From Promethearchaeota archaeon (GTDB lineage: Archaea; Asgardarchaeota; Lokiarchaeia; Sigyniarchaeales; SOKP01), in assembly GCA_029838195.1 (NCBI GenBank), contig JALGVJ010000008.1, positions 70,132 to 134,131 on the forward strand: 64,000 nucleotides of DNA. The letters are read 5' to 3'. Each line of letters opens with the position of its first letter. Position 1 is the first letter of the stretch. Positions 41,765 through 52,560 of this stretch are shown here, one piece after another. The notes beneath the pieces are model-generated. The model saw nothing but the letters and a program-made list of their open reading frames with translations. It ran no database searches and had not been told where the DNA came from. The position numbers were made by a program, and so were the translations under genes.

Positions 41765-42616
41765 ATGTTAAATGAAATCTTAAGGAAAAAAGTGCTTACC
41801 CCCGATCACTCCATTTATGAAATGGAACTTCATGTTCCTCAATTAGCTAAAAAAGCTCGTCCCGGTAATTTTATTATCTTAAGATTGAATGAAAGGGGCG
41901 AGCGATTTCCCCTCACGATAGCTAATTATAATGCAACCAAAGGAACCATTACAATTGTATTTCAAGTAGTTGGAAAAAGTACAAAATTACTTTCGGAATT
42001 AAATCCGGGAGATCGCATTCAAGATGTAATTGGCCCTCTCGGAAATGAAATTCACGTGGAAAAATATCTTCATCCCATTATCATTATAGGGGGAGGCGTG
42101 GGAATTGCTCCATGTTATCCTCAAGCAAGAGCTTTAAAAACCCTAGGAAATGAAATCATCACCATTTTGGGTGCACGCACCCGTGCGTTATTATTTTGGA
42201 AAGAAAAAATGGCACGCATCAGCGATGAAATAATTATTTGTACGGATGATGGAACAGAAGGAATTAAAGGCTTTGTAACTAAACCTTTGAAAGAATTAAT
42301 TTCTAAAAGACCAATAAGTTTAATCATCGCAATCGGCCCTCTCATCATGATGAAAAACGTGAGTCTAATTACCCGTGGAGAGGCTGGCCTTCCAAGAATA
42401 AAAACAATGGTTTCTTTGAATCCCATCATGTTAGATGGAACGGGAATGTGTGGATGCTGTAGATTCTTAACAAAATCGGGGCAAGTCCATTTTGCTTGCA
42501 TAGATGGACCCGATGTGGATGGGCATCTCGTAGATTTTGATAACTTGATAAAAAGATCAAGGAGATACATGGAACAAGAGAAAATTTCTCTTGAAACACT
42601 TCACTCAAATGGGTAA
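41765..42616 (+). CDS. NfnA/SudB-like FAD/[2Fe-2S] electron-transfer subunit
   Basis: GERFPLTI, GPLG, GGGVGIAP, MLDGTGMCGCCR...FACIDGP. Confidence 0.9.
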   Translation: MLNEILRKKVLTPDHSIYEMELHVPQLAKKARPGNFIILRLNERGERFPLTIANYNATKGTITIVFQVVGKSTKLLSELNPGDRIQDVIGPLGNEIHVEKYLHPIIIIGGGVGIAPCYPQARALKTLGNEIITILGARTRALLFWKEKMARISDEIIICTDDGTEGIKGFVTKPLKELISKRPISLIIAIGPLIMMKNVSLITRGEAGLPRIKTMVSLNPIMLDGTGMCGCCRFLTKSGQVHFACIDGPDVDGHLVDFDNLIKRSRRYMEQEKISLETLHSNG

Positions 42617-42648
42617 ATCAACTCAGCAAAAATTGCAAGGGTAAAAAA

Positions 42649-44049
42649 ATGAGCCGAGCAAAATCTTTAAAACGACAAGAAATGGAAAAGCAAGCTCCAG
42701 AGATCCGAATTACTAATTTTGATGAGGTTTCTTTAGGTTTTACTGAAGAAATGGCATTAATTGAAGCAAATAGGTGTCTTCAGTGTGTGAAACCGACATG
42801 CGTGAATGGCTGTCCCGTTAACATAGATATACCTGCTTTTATAAAATGCATTAAGGATAAAGAGTTTGAACAAGCCATCCATGTTATAAAAGAGAGTAAT
42901 CTTTTACCATCTATTTGCGGGAGAGTCTGTCCTCAAGAAATCCAATGCGAGCAAGAATGCGTCTTAGGACGCAAGCATGAACCCATAGCTATTGGCGCCT
43001 TAGAACGATTCGTAGCCGACTGGGAGAGAAAAAACCAATTAAAAGCATGTCCGGAATGTTTGCCCCCTAACGGTATAAAAGTGGCGGTTATTGGAAGTGG
43101 ACCTGCCAGCTTGACTTGTGCGGCAGATCTAGCTCGTTTTGGTTATGAAGTTACGATTTTCGAAGCACTTCATGGGGGTGGGGGTGTCCTTCTCTATGGA
43201 ATTCCTGAATTTAGGCTTCCAAAAGAAATCGTGAAAGATGAGCTAGAGATCGTGGAAATGCTAGGAGTAAAAATTAAATATAATCATGTCATCGGAAAGC
43301 TATTAGATATACACGATTTGGAGGAAATGGGATTTCAAGCCTTTTTTTTAGGCGTGGGAGCAGGATTGCCCCAATTATTAAATATCGAAGGAATAGAATT
43401 AAATGGCGTGTTGACATCTAATGAGTTTCTTACTAGGATTAACCTCATGAAGGCATATAAGTTCCCCGAATATGATACACCCATTGATAAAGGTAAAAAT
43501 GTAACGGTAATAGGTGGTGGGAACGTCGCAATGGATTCCGCACGTGTCGCTTTACGATTAGGAGCTGATAAAGTTACGCTCGTATATCGAAGAACCAAAA
43601 AAGAAATGCCCGCTCGCAGAGAAGAGGTTCTCCATGGAAAAGAAGAAGGCATTCAATTCTTATTTTTAGCAAATCCCGTACGATTAATCGGTGATGAGAA
43701 CGGAAACGTAAGAGAAATGGAATTAATTAGAATGAAATTAAGTGAACTGGATGAATCAGGAAGACGATCCCCCATTCCTATTGAAAACTCTAATTTCAAA
43801 ATTAAAACCGATATGGTCATCATTGCTATCGGAACGCAAGCTAACAAATTGTTGTTAAAAACCATTCCTCAATTAAAACTTTCAAAAAAAGGATATATCA
43901 TTACGGATGAGGAAGGACGAACGAACATCGAAAATATTTTTGCGGGAGGAGACATCGTCACGGGAGCCGCAACCGTAATCTCAGCGATGGGAGCAGGAAG
44001 AAGAGCTGCGAAAGCCATTGATCAATATTTAAAGGAAAAATTGGGCTGA
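42649..44049 (+). CDS. NfnB/SudA-like NADPH oxidoreductase (GltD homologue)
   Basis: EANRCLQC...CVNGCPV, CGRVCPQEIQCE, GSGPA, GGGNVAMD, FAGGDIVTG. Confidence 0.9.
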   Translation: MSRAKSLKRQEMEKQAPEIRITNFDEVSLGFTEEMALIEANRCLQCVKPTCVNGCPVNIDIPAFIKCIKDKEFEQAIHVIKESNLLPSICGRVCPQEIQCEQECVLGRKHEPIAIGALERFVADWERKNQLKACPECLPPNGIKVAVIGSGPASLTCAADLARFGYEVTIFEALHGGGGVLLYGIPEFRLPKEIVKDELEIVEMLGVKIKYNHVIGKLLDIHDLEEMGFQAFFLGVGAGLPQLLNIEGIELNGVLTSNEFLTRINLMKAYKFPEYDTPIDKGKNVTVIGGGNVAMDSARVALRLGADKVTLVYRRTKKEMPARREEVLHGKEEGIQFLFLANPVRLIGDENGNVREMELIRMKLSELDESGRRSPIPIENSNFKIKTDMVIIAIGTQANKLLLKTIPQLKLSKKGYIITDEEGRTNIENIFAGGDIVTGAATVISAMGAGRRAAKAIDQYLKEKLG

Positions 44050-44143
44050 TAAAAATCCTAAAATATAATATTTTAAATATCTCACATTGCTTCTATTTTT
44101 AATAGGAAATTTTTAAATTCAATTGTTCAATTGTTCTTCTATC

Positions 44144-45400
44144 ATGGAACATAAAATTAGTCTTTATCAAGTCGCATTACAGCAATTGGACGATGCGGCT
44201 AAATTAATCAATTTAGATCCAAACATTCATGAAAAACTTAAATATATGGAACGCATTCTCATCGTATCTGTTCCCATTCTAATGGATGATGGCTCTCTTA
44301 AGGTCTTTCAAGGATACCGCGTGCAACATTCTACAGTTAGAGGTCCGGGAAAAGGCGGAATAAGATATAGTGAAAACGTGAATATGGAAGAATTAAAAGC
44401 TCTTGCAATGTGGATGACGTGGAAAACGGCACTCTTGAAATTACCTCTCGGCGGTGCAAAAGGGGGGATTACGGTGAATATTAAAAAGCTTTCACCAAGA
44501 GAATTGGAGCATTTAACCCGAAGATATACCGTGGAAATCTTAAATCTTATAGGACCTACTCGTGATATCCCCGCTCCTGATATGAACACGAATTCGCAAA
44601 CGATGGCATGGATCATGGACGTATTTTCAATGCACCGCGGCGAAACTACTCCTGGCGTAGTAACTGGTAAACCAATTGAGATTGGAGGCTCATTGGGGCG
44701 AAATAGAGCAACGGGTATGGGGTTATATTTCATAATTCGTGAAATGGCAAATAAGATGGGATATAAATTTTTAGAATTAAAATATATCATTCAAGGCTTC
44801 GGAAAGGTAGGTTCTGTAATTGCTGAGGAATTATTTAATGTTGGGTGTAAAATTATCGGGACATCGGATTCCACGGCGGGTTTATATTCACCGGATGGGT
44901 TGAACATCCGGGAGTTAATAAAATGGAAAAAGAAGGGGAATTCTTTCAAGGATTATCAAGAAAAAGGCGTTGAAATCATTGAAAAAGAGGAGATTTTAAC
45001 GAAAACATGCGATGTTTTAATACCTGCGACTACAGAAAATCAAATCACATCGGAAAATGCCGATAAAATTGATTGTAAAATACTTTTGGAGGGAGCAAAT
45101 GGACCTACCACGCCGGCAGCTGATAAAATTTTGGAAGAAAGAGGAATCGTCGTCATACCTGATATTTTGGCTAATAGTGGAGGGGTATTAGTCTCATATT
45201 TTGAATTCGTCCAAGATATTAACGCTTATTTTTGGGACTTGGAAAGAATAAATAACGAAATGAGAAAGGTACTTTTAAAAGCTCTTGAAGACGTATATCA
45301 CGTAGCTCAAGAGAGAAACATCTCTTTAAGAAAAGCAGCATACGTTCTTGCAGTATCCAACGTGGCCCAAGCGATTAAATTGCGAGGATTTTATCCGTGA
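44144..45400 (+). CDS. gdhA: Glutamate dehydrogenase
   Basis: GPGKGGIRY, GGAKGG, DIPAPD, VTGKP, QGFGKVG, EGANGP; ATG 44144 preferred over TTG 44123. Confidence 0.95.
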   Translation: MEHKISLYQVALQQLDDAAKLINLDPNIHEKLKYMERILIVSVPILMDDGSLKVFQGYRVQHSTVRGPGKGGIRYSENVNMEELKALAMWMTWKTALLKLPLGGAKGGITVNIKKLSPRELEHLTRRYTVEILNLIGPTRDIPAPDMNTNSQTMAWIMDVFSMHRGETTPGVVTGKPIEIGGSLGRNRATGMGLYFIIREMANKMGYKFLELKYIIQGFGKVGSVIAEELFNVGCKIIGTSDSTAGLYSPDGLNIRELIKWKKKGNSFKDYQEKGVEIIEKEEILTKTCDVLIPATTENQITSENADKIDCKILLEGANGPTTPAADKILEERGIVVIPDILANSGGVLVSYFEFVQDINAYFWDLERINNEMRKVLLKALEDVYHVAQERNISLRKAAYVLAVSNVAQAIKLRGFYP

Positions 45401-45608
45401 ATCGAGAATCTTGATTTTTTTTTTCAAATAGATTTTACTTAACGGTTTTAGAGGAATATATTTTTTCTTGAAGAGTTTCATTCGAAATAGATACTAACAT
45501 TTTTATGGGAGGAATTCTCAAAAATGCAAGCAAGAATCTTATGAATTAAATCACGGTGCTCAAAAAGTTAATAGATGAAAACTGATAATTTAAGATGTAT
45601 AGAGTGTT

Positions 45609-46907
45609 TTACCCATAGAAAAACCCCAATAGGAATAAATAAATAGAAGCCGTTGCGATATGAATGAAAGCAAAAGTAGCGCCTACTTTTAATAATCTTT
45701 TATAATTGAGATTTTCCACGCCAGAGTCTTGGGCAATTTTTAGCGTCACGACATCACATGCTGCTCCTTGAGGAATGATATTTCCTCCAAGGTTTATCCC
45801 AATAAGGAATGCGAAATATAAAGGAATGGAGGCAAATCCAAAATCCACGATTAACGTGTCGATGATAGGAATAAATACTAATGCAGTAGGAGTATTTGCT
45901 ACAAAACCAGAAACCAAGCTAACGATGATTAATATTAAAAAATAAAGGAGGTATCTATTCAAGTTTTCAAAGGGAATGGTGATAAAAATTTCCCGAAAGC
46001 CGGCTTCTAATAAACAACCGATGACCACGTACAGAGAGATGAAAAAGAAAATTATTTCCCATTCCACGTCCTTGAGTACATCGCTCAATTTTTTTTTTGT
46101 CATTTTTCGATTGACGAGTACTAAAATGAGGGCAGAGATAGTAGCGGTTAAATATAGCAGAGGTAAGATAGCAAATAGCACGATGGTCGTGGCAATGGCA
46201 ACGGCATTAAAATAAAAATATTTTTTATTTTTGATGATGATTTCCGTATCAATTAATTCCATGACGACTTTTTTCTGGTGGATGTCTATGGAAGGTTCTT
46301 TACTTAAAATAAAGTGGTCCATTAATATAATGGTCAAGAACAACAATCCAAAAGAAAAAAGCCAATAATATTGAATAAAATAAATGGTATCTAAGTTAAA
46401 AGCGGTGGAAATGATAATGTTTTCACCGCTTGAGAAGGGCGTGATGATAGAACCAATATTGATGCATATGGTCATGCCTAATAAATAAGTGCCCGCCCTA
46501 ATTTTAAGAAAATGGCATAGACGAACGACAACGGGTGCTAAAATGAGAACAACCACGACGTCGGTAATTATTGCGGCGAGAAGAGTGGTAATAATGCATA
46601 GTAAATAAAAGAAGATTCTCTGATCTCCTCCCGACAGCTTGAATAATTTAATTGCTACGAATTCCAAGATATTGGAATCTTGAGCAACTTGGGTGATGAT
46701 ACTCATGCTAAGAATGATAATGATGGCTTCAAACTCAATAAAAGAAATAAAAGTCTGAAAAGGCAAGCCTTTCACGATTCCCGTAATAAAACCTGCTATA
46801 AAGCAGCATAGTATAGAAATGGCTACAAAATCCAAGTCTTTCGAGGAGTAGCTAATGATAATAACAACGAACAAGATAAAAATGGTTATTAAGAGAGGTA
46901 GTTCCAT
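45609..46907 (-). CDS. ArsB/NhaD/SLC13-type ion permease
   Basis: NIGSIITPFSSGENII, EWEIIFFF, NLGGNIIP; about 11 TM. Confidence 0.8.
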   Translation of the reverse strand: MELPLLITIFILFVVIIISYSSKDLDFVAISILCCFIAGFITGIVKGLPFQTFISFIEFEAIIIILSMSIITQVAQDSNILEFVAIKLFKLSGGDQRIFFYLLCIITTLLAAIITDVVVVLILAPVVVRLCHFLKIRAGTYLLGMTICINIGSIITPFSSGENIIISTAFNLDTIYFIQYYWLFSFGLLFLTIILMDHFILSKEPSIDIHQKKVVMELIDTEIIIKNKKYFYFNAVAIATTIVLFAILPLLYLTATISALILVLVNRKMTKKKLSDVLKDVEWEIIFFFISLYVVIGCLLEAGFREIFITIPFENLNRYLLYFLILIIVSLVSGFVANTPTALVFIPIIDTLIVDFGFASIPLYFAFLIGINLGGNIIPQGAACDVVTLKIAQDSGVENLNYKRLLKVGATFAFIHIATASIYLFLLGFFYG

Positions 46908-47032
46908 TATTTAACGGGAATTTAAGTAATTAGTGTAATTAAGAGGAATACACGGATTCATTTAAAGATGATTGTTCCTAAAGAAATTCATGGATTGTGA
47001 ATGATATTGATAGAGAACTAAGAATAAGAAAC

Positions 47033-47878
47033 TCATTCCAATAAAAAAAGTCTCAAGAAATACTCTGCCAAGTTTAATTCTCTCAGAATTTTGTAATTAT
47101 TTACGATATAATCGAAGATTTTTTCTTGCAAGAAATACAAAATACATTTTTTAGGATCCAGAACTTTTTTAATGATTCGTATGACAGAATTTAAAATGAT
47201 AATTAATTGTTTTTCAGTTAAAATCATGTTAGAATTATTTGGATTAATCGCAATAATATTGAATCCAGATAAACGATCAAATGAAATTTTTTTTAATTCA
47301 GGGTCATTTTTTATATGGTCTTGTTCTTTAAAATTGGTGTACATTCGTTCTAATTTCTGATAAATGATAGATTTTTCCTCCTCGGAGGCATGCTCTTCAA
47401 TGACGTTCATGAGGAGGTTTAAGAGTTGCTGGAAAATCCCTAAAATATCAAAAAATTCCCCTATGGTTTCCACGTTCTCTGCTTGTTTCCATTGCATGTA
47501 ATATTCCATGATGGTTTTTTTGAACTCTTTATAGATATCGACGTTTCCATTCCATTTTCGCCTCCATTCTTTACCATCCTTGATATATTCTTGTAAAAAT
47601 GATTGTTTTATCACGTTTAAACGAGCCTTTAATAAACTAGAAGAAACATCTTTTGTATCCGCCGCAATGAATAATAATCTAGAAACCTTATCCTTTAAAT
47701 AAACCCATCTCAAGCCCGCCATTTCTATGCTTTCTAATCCTTGCTTGAACTCTTTCACCGTGAATTGATTCAATGCTGCTAATAATCCGGAAACCAAATC
47801 CTCATCTACAGGGAACTCTCTGAAAGATTGATACACTAAAGTAATTCCTGATTCTTCTTGAATTATCCACGTGTTCAT
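47033..47878 (-). CDS. Protein with N-terminal longin-like domain
   Basis: WIIQEESGITLV...DEDLVSGLLAALNQF...LESIEM...WNGNVDIYKEF pattern. Confidence 0.6.
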   Translation of the reverse strand: MNTWIIQEESGITLVYQSFREFPVDEDLVSGLLAALNQFTVKEFKQGLESIEMAGLRWVYLKDKVSRLLFIAADTKDVSSSLLKARLNVIKQSFLQEYIKDGKEWRRKWNGNVDIYKEFKKTIMEYYMQWKQAENVETIGEFFDILGIFQQLLNLLMNVIEEHASEEEKSIIYQKLERMYTNFKEQDHIKNDPELKKISFDRLSGFNIIAINPNNSNMILTEKQLIIILNSVIRIIKKVLDPKKCILYFLQEKIFDYIVNNYKILRELNLAEYFLRLFLLE

Positions 47879-47934
47879 TTTATTCTTATTTTACCCACAT
47901 AAACATTATTAATAAATATTAAGTGCAAATCCCA

Positions 47935-48417
47935 TTATAAAAGCTCTTTCATATCATTATTTTTACAGAATTTTTCGAGATTACGCAATAAATCCGTTAA
48001 TTTGGTTCTTAAAATCATTTCAGAAGCGCTTTTTCCTATAGAATTGAGGAAATCACTACTTAGGTTAAATTTATGAATAAAAACGCCAATTTTCGTCACG
48101 TTTTCTGCGAGGGATTTCACGCGCAAATTCCCTTCTAAATCAGTCACATCTTTATTATTCCGCACGTTAAATTCAATTAATCGCCCCTTTCCTTCTTCTT
48201 CTCCCTTATCCATCATCACGAGTTCACCTTCCATTTCTATCGGAAAATTGACGACTTTTACTTCATCGCGAATCTTGCTATAAAATACATTAGGAGCAGT
48301 AAACGTGACTTTGATTTCCTTAACGGGACTAAGACGTTCCCAGATTTTTTCCTTATAAATTGCTTTTAAGAAAACCTCTTTATTTAAGTTCTTAATTTCT
48401 AATACTTTCGAAATAAT
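47935..48417 (-). CDS. Hypothetical protein, 160 aa, proposed ATT start (ORF track gives only the last 99 aa)
   Basis: Frame is open 61 codons upstream of ATG 48234 up to ATT 48417; AGGTG SD 8 nt upstream. Confidence 0.65.
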   Translation of the reverse strand: MISKVLEIKNLNKEVFLKAIYKEKIWERLSPVKEIKVTFTAPNVFYSKIRDEVKVVNFPIEMEGELVMMDKGEEEGKGRLIEFNVRNNKDVTDLEGNLRVKSLAENVTKIGVFIHKFNLSSDFLNSIGKSASEMILRTKLTDLLRNLEKFCKNNDMKELL

Positions 48418-48641
48418 CTTTCATGCACCTTTAATTATTCACGTGAATGTGGGATAAAAAATGATAATAATAAAATTTATTTTAATTTTTTTTATAAGAA
48501 TCGTGGATAGCTTTTTGTCTCAGTTTGCCTCAGACTTCCTCAATTATATTAAATCATTTTACTCATGTACAAATATTCATCATTGGCAGATTAACACGAA
48601 AATTTTAAACTTATTCGAGGTGCCTTTAAAGTTTTATAATA

Positions 48642-48848
48642 TTATACCTCACGGATTAATTTGGAATGCTGGAGATCATTTTCATTCTTACATTTTGGGC
48701 ATATCCACGTGGTCTTATTTGCTTGAACAGAAGAAATGCAATTAGAACAGACAGAGATATCACAGATACAATAATATAGATCTTCTAAAGAATTTTCAAA
48801 GTTTTTTTTACAAACATAGCAAACCGGAGGAGGAGTTTCCTTTTTCAT
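48642..48848 (-). CDS. Stand-alone C4C4 RING-finger protein
   Basis: C-x2-C-x13-C-x-C-x4-C-x2-C-x12-C-x2-C in 68 aa. Confidence 0.75.
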   Translation of the reverse strand: MKKETPPPVCYVCKKNFENSLEDLYYCICDISVCSNCISSVQANKTTWICPKCKNENDLQHSKLIREV

Positions 48849-48926
48849 GTTTCTTTATCCGTATTCTTAATTTGAAAAGGATAATTCATGAAATTATTTA
48901 TAATTTTTCTAATTATTATATATATC

Positions 48927-49124
48927 ATGGAACTTAGTAAAAGCATGCGAATATTATATTTATTAACGATTTTTTTCATTTATAGAATGATATTTGCGCT
49001 CTTTCAAGGAAGAATGAATGAATTCCTTAGTTGGGCCCTTTTTTTGCTCATTTATTCTCTTTCTCTCACAATCTTGTATTTTGTCGCTAGAAAATGGGAA
49101 AAAAGTACCCTTAATGAGAGTTAA
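48927..49124 (+). CDS. Small two-helix membrane protein
   Basis: MELSKSMRILY... two hydrophobic helices; start uncertain. Confidence 0.5.
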   Translation: MELSKSMRILYLLTIFFIYRMIFALFQGRMNEFLSWALFLLIYSLSLTILYFVARKWEKSTLNES

Positions 49125-49135
49125 TGAAGGTAATT

Positions 49136-50665
49136 TTAATCGTGAGGAATGGCTCTCGGAAGCAAGATTGAAAAATTAGTACCGAGAGAATGATCCCTTT
49201 CTATTCGATTTTCTACCCAAATCTTTCCCCCGTAATAATTAATTATTTTTGCTACTAAGGAAAGCCCTATTCCCATTCCTTTTTTACCCTTGAATTCTTT
49301 ATATCCTTGCATGAATATTTTTTCCTTAAAACCATCGGGAATTCCCACTCCATTATCGATGATCTCTATTTTTACCATATTTAAATCTGAATTAGAAATT
49401 TTTATTAGGATTTCTATGGATTCATTTTCATTGTATTTAATCGCATTAGAAAAAAAGTTCGTAAAAACATCAAATAATAATTCATTCGTTTGAACTTCAA
49501 TTACATTATCTGGTGTTTCTACTTCTATTTTTATTTCTTTTTCTTGAAAACCTTTCTGCATGTATTCAATGGCTTTATTTAGGTATTTGTGTAAATTAAT
49601 GGGCTTTAATCCCATAGGTTCGTTTTCTAAAGAAGACAACTTATTGATATTGGAAATTAATTGTTTAGCATTCGCAATTTGACTCCTAAGAATAGAATAT
49701 AGATGGTTAAATTTCTCAGAAAAGAAAAAATTTTTCTCTTCTTTTAATTTGTAACATAATTCTAAGGATAAGGAGATATTTTAAATAATATTGCTCATGT
49801 CATGGGCAAATAAATTCTTGTAAAAATTTGCACGTTTATAAGCTTCTTGATAATTCATTTCTAATTTCTTTAAATCTTGTTCTACTTGCTCTAATTCTTC
49901 GATTAAACTTCTTTTTGGGGGTAGAATGATATAGCGTACTTGAAAGGGCTCTTGTAAATAGACCTTTACTTGATCCTTAAATAAAATGAGGAAAATTAGA
50001 AGAAAAGGGGAATACCCTAAACCCAGAATTATTTTACCTAAAATCCCGTCCGTTATGGCTGTTCCTTAATTGGGTTCCAGAAAAATCATGAATAGAGGAA
50101 ATAATAGTCCATCCAAGCATAAAATACCCATGAATGCTAAAATGTCTAGCACGTATAAAATCGAAATACTTGAAAAAAAAGTTTTCATTTTATCAAGAAA
50201 GAAAAACATGGTTAAAATTTCAATGATAAACACGAGCAAGCTAATCAAGTTCACGGTGATGGTTTTTCTAAAAATATCGGATGCAAAATTGAAAATATTA
50301 AGAATTATGGGAGAATCCAATATCGCAAACAAGAGATAATATAAGAAAAATAAGAAAAAATTGAAAATGACGGCAATAATAATGGAATTTCTCAAAATTG
50401 TCGGGTCATTAGAGAAAAGAGCTATTGAAAAAGTTAGTAAGATTAAAGAAGAATAAGATATATTACCTCCAGTAATAAGAATGTTTTCTGTAATTTGAAT
50501 TGCATAAATTAATGCACTTAGTTATGTGAAAACAAATAAGAATCCAAAATAAGCATAATATAAAGCTAAAGATTTATTTTTTTGAATATATCTTGCGATT
50601 AATATGGGAGAACTTCCATATATTAAAAAATGAAGCAAGAGAATTAAAAAAGTAGTTATTGGGAT
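49136..50665 (-). pseudogene. Membrane sensor histidine kinase interrupted by three in-frame TAA codons
   Basis: One continuous frame: TM region, FAHDMSNII* H-box, NAIKY, DNGVGI, GMGIGL; TAA at 50522-50524, 50066-50068, 49781-49783. Confidence 0.8.
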
Positions 50666-50886
50666 TTAAAAAAATATAATAATAATAATAAATTATAGCT
50701 CTATTATTTTACATCGTGGCTCATTTTTCAAATATGAGCTCATTATGTTATTTAAATAAATAAAGGGTTCTACTCAGAAAAAATTTTCGATTTCATGTTA
50801 TTAATTAAAAATTATATTACTGTGCTCTAAAACAAAAAGAAAATTTATCAATAACATTGATTTCTGTAAAAATTGAGCTAAAAAAA

Positions 50887-51804
50887 ATGAAGAAAATTGA
50901 ACATATATTATCCATTCAAGATTTGACTGAGGATCAAATCCATGCCTTATTGGATTTAGCATCCATCGTCAAGGAAAAACCTCAAAAATATTCTAATTGT
51001 TTACAAGGCAAATGTCTTGCTTTATTATTTCAAAAAACCTCCACGCGCACTCGAATATCCTTCCAAAATGGAATGTATCAATTAGGTGGAAATGCAATAT
51101 ATTTAGATTGGCGAACTACCAATTTACATTTAGGCGCTCTTTCTGATGAGATAAAATGTCTGACGAGTTATGTAGATTTATTAGTTGCAAGGGTTCATGA
51201 ACATGAAACATTAGAAACCATGAAAAGAGCTTCCAGAGTCCCGGTAATTAACGGATTATCCAATAAATTCCATCCATGTCAAGTATTAAGTGATCTATTC
51301 ACCATTAAAGAACAAGTAGGGAAATTTGATGGAATAAATTTAGCATATATAGGAGATGGAAATAATGTGTGCAATTCTCTAATTCTTGGATGTACAATGG
51401 TTGGTATTCATGTTTCCGTGGCAAATCCTGAAAGGTATAAACCCGCCCCTGACGTAATTAAATGGGTTCAAGAGCAAAAAAAATCTAAATTTTTATCTTT
51501 ATATGAAGATCCTAAAGAAGCAATAAGAGAGGCGGATTTCATTTATACCGATACATTCGTGTCCATGGGACAAGAAGCAGAAACAGATGAGAGATTAAAA
51601 GTATTTAAATCGTATCAATTAAATAAAGAATTATTACAACACGCCAGAAAAAATCCTTTTATAATGCATTGCTTGCCCGCTCATCGAGAAATTGAAATCA
51701 CGAGTGAGGTTTTGGATTCAAAAAATTCCATTGTTTTTGAACAAGCAAAAAATCGATTATTTTTACAAAAAGCCCTTTTGTTAACCCTCTTGAGTGAAAA
51801 TTAA
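50887..51804 (+). CDS. argF: Ornithine carbamoyltransferase
   Basis: STRTR, HPCQ, GDGNNV, SMG, HCLP. Confidence 0.95.
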   Translation: MKKIEHILSIQDLTEDQIHALLDLASIVKEKPQKYSNCLQGKCLALLFQKTSTRTRISFQNGMYQLGGNAIYLDWRTTNLHLGALSDEIKCLTSYVDLLVARVHEHETLETMKRASRVPVINGLSNKFHPCQVLSDLFTIKEQVGKFDGINLAYIGDGNNVCNSLILGCTMVGIHVSVANPERYKPAPDVIKWVQEQKKSKFLSLYEDPKEAIREADFIYTDTFVSMGQEAETDERLKVFKSYQLNKELLQHARKNPFIMHCLPAHREIEITSEVLDSKNSIVFEQAKNRLFLQKALLLTLLSEN

Positions 51805-51822
51805 AAAGATTATAAATGAAAA

Positions 51823-52176
51823 TTATCTTTTTTTCTTAAATAAATCTGAAATAAGTCCATCAATTCCCAGAGATCGTAAAACTGTATCTCGAGCATCGAT
51901 TTGAACTTTCATTTCTTGCATATTTTTTAACGCATCTTCCAAGGATTTAGAAAATGTCTCACTCATTTTTAATATGGATTGAGATGTAAGCTCTAAAGAT
52001 TCCTTTATTGTTTTATTGGTCTCATTCAAGATATTACTCATCTTATCTATGGAAGCCGATATTTGCTCACTAATTGTAATTACTTTTTCTGATAGATTTG
52101 AGATTTCTCGGCTCATAGATTTCATTTCTTCCTTCATTTCAGACAGTTCCTTTTTCAGATCCTTCATTCCTAGCAT
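51823..52176 (-). CDS. Coiled-coil hypothetical protein
   Basis: Heptad-rich 117 aa. Confidence 0.65.
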   Translation of the reverse strand: MLGMKDLKKELSEMKEEMKSMSREISNLSEKVITISEQISASIDKMSNILNETNKTIKESLELTSQSILKMSETFSKSLEDALKNMQEMKVQIDARDTVLRSLGIDGLISDLFKKKR

Positions 52177-52560
52177 TTGTTTTCAGCCTTCCTAAAATTA
52201 ATGCAAGATTATCGCAAAAAGCGCTTTTATGATAAAAATATTCTCCTCTTTTTACGAAACGTTAAATAATAGAAGGCATTAAATCTTATTAAATATTATC
52301 ATGAACCAAATATAAAAATTACCCATTTTTTCATTGGATTTATGGTATATCGAATTTTTTTGGATTTAGTAGTTTCATGAATTTATTTCAAATCTCATGA
52401 TCAAAAGATAAGCTGAAAATTGAACCTTGTTTTTTCTAAACTTAGAAAAATACTATTTCAATTTAATACTAATAAAAATCAGAAATTTTTCAATTTTACG
52501 GTTCAAATGCCATTCTCTCGGAAAAAATTTAAAATTAATGATTATTAATGGTGATGATGA

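Noticed and set aside
49136-50665. TAA reassignment to Gln
   Set aside because: TAA is the normal stop of many intact genes in this window (pyrG, carA, guaA, argF, rps10).
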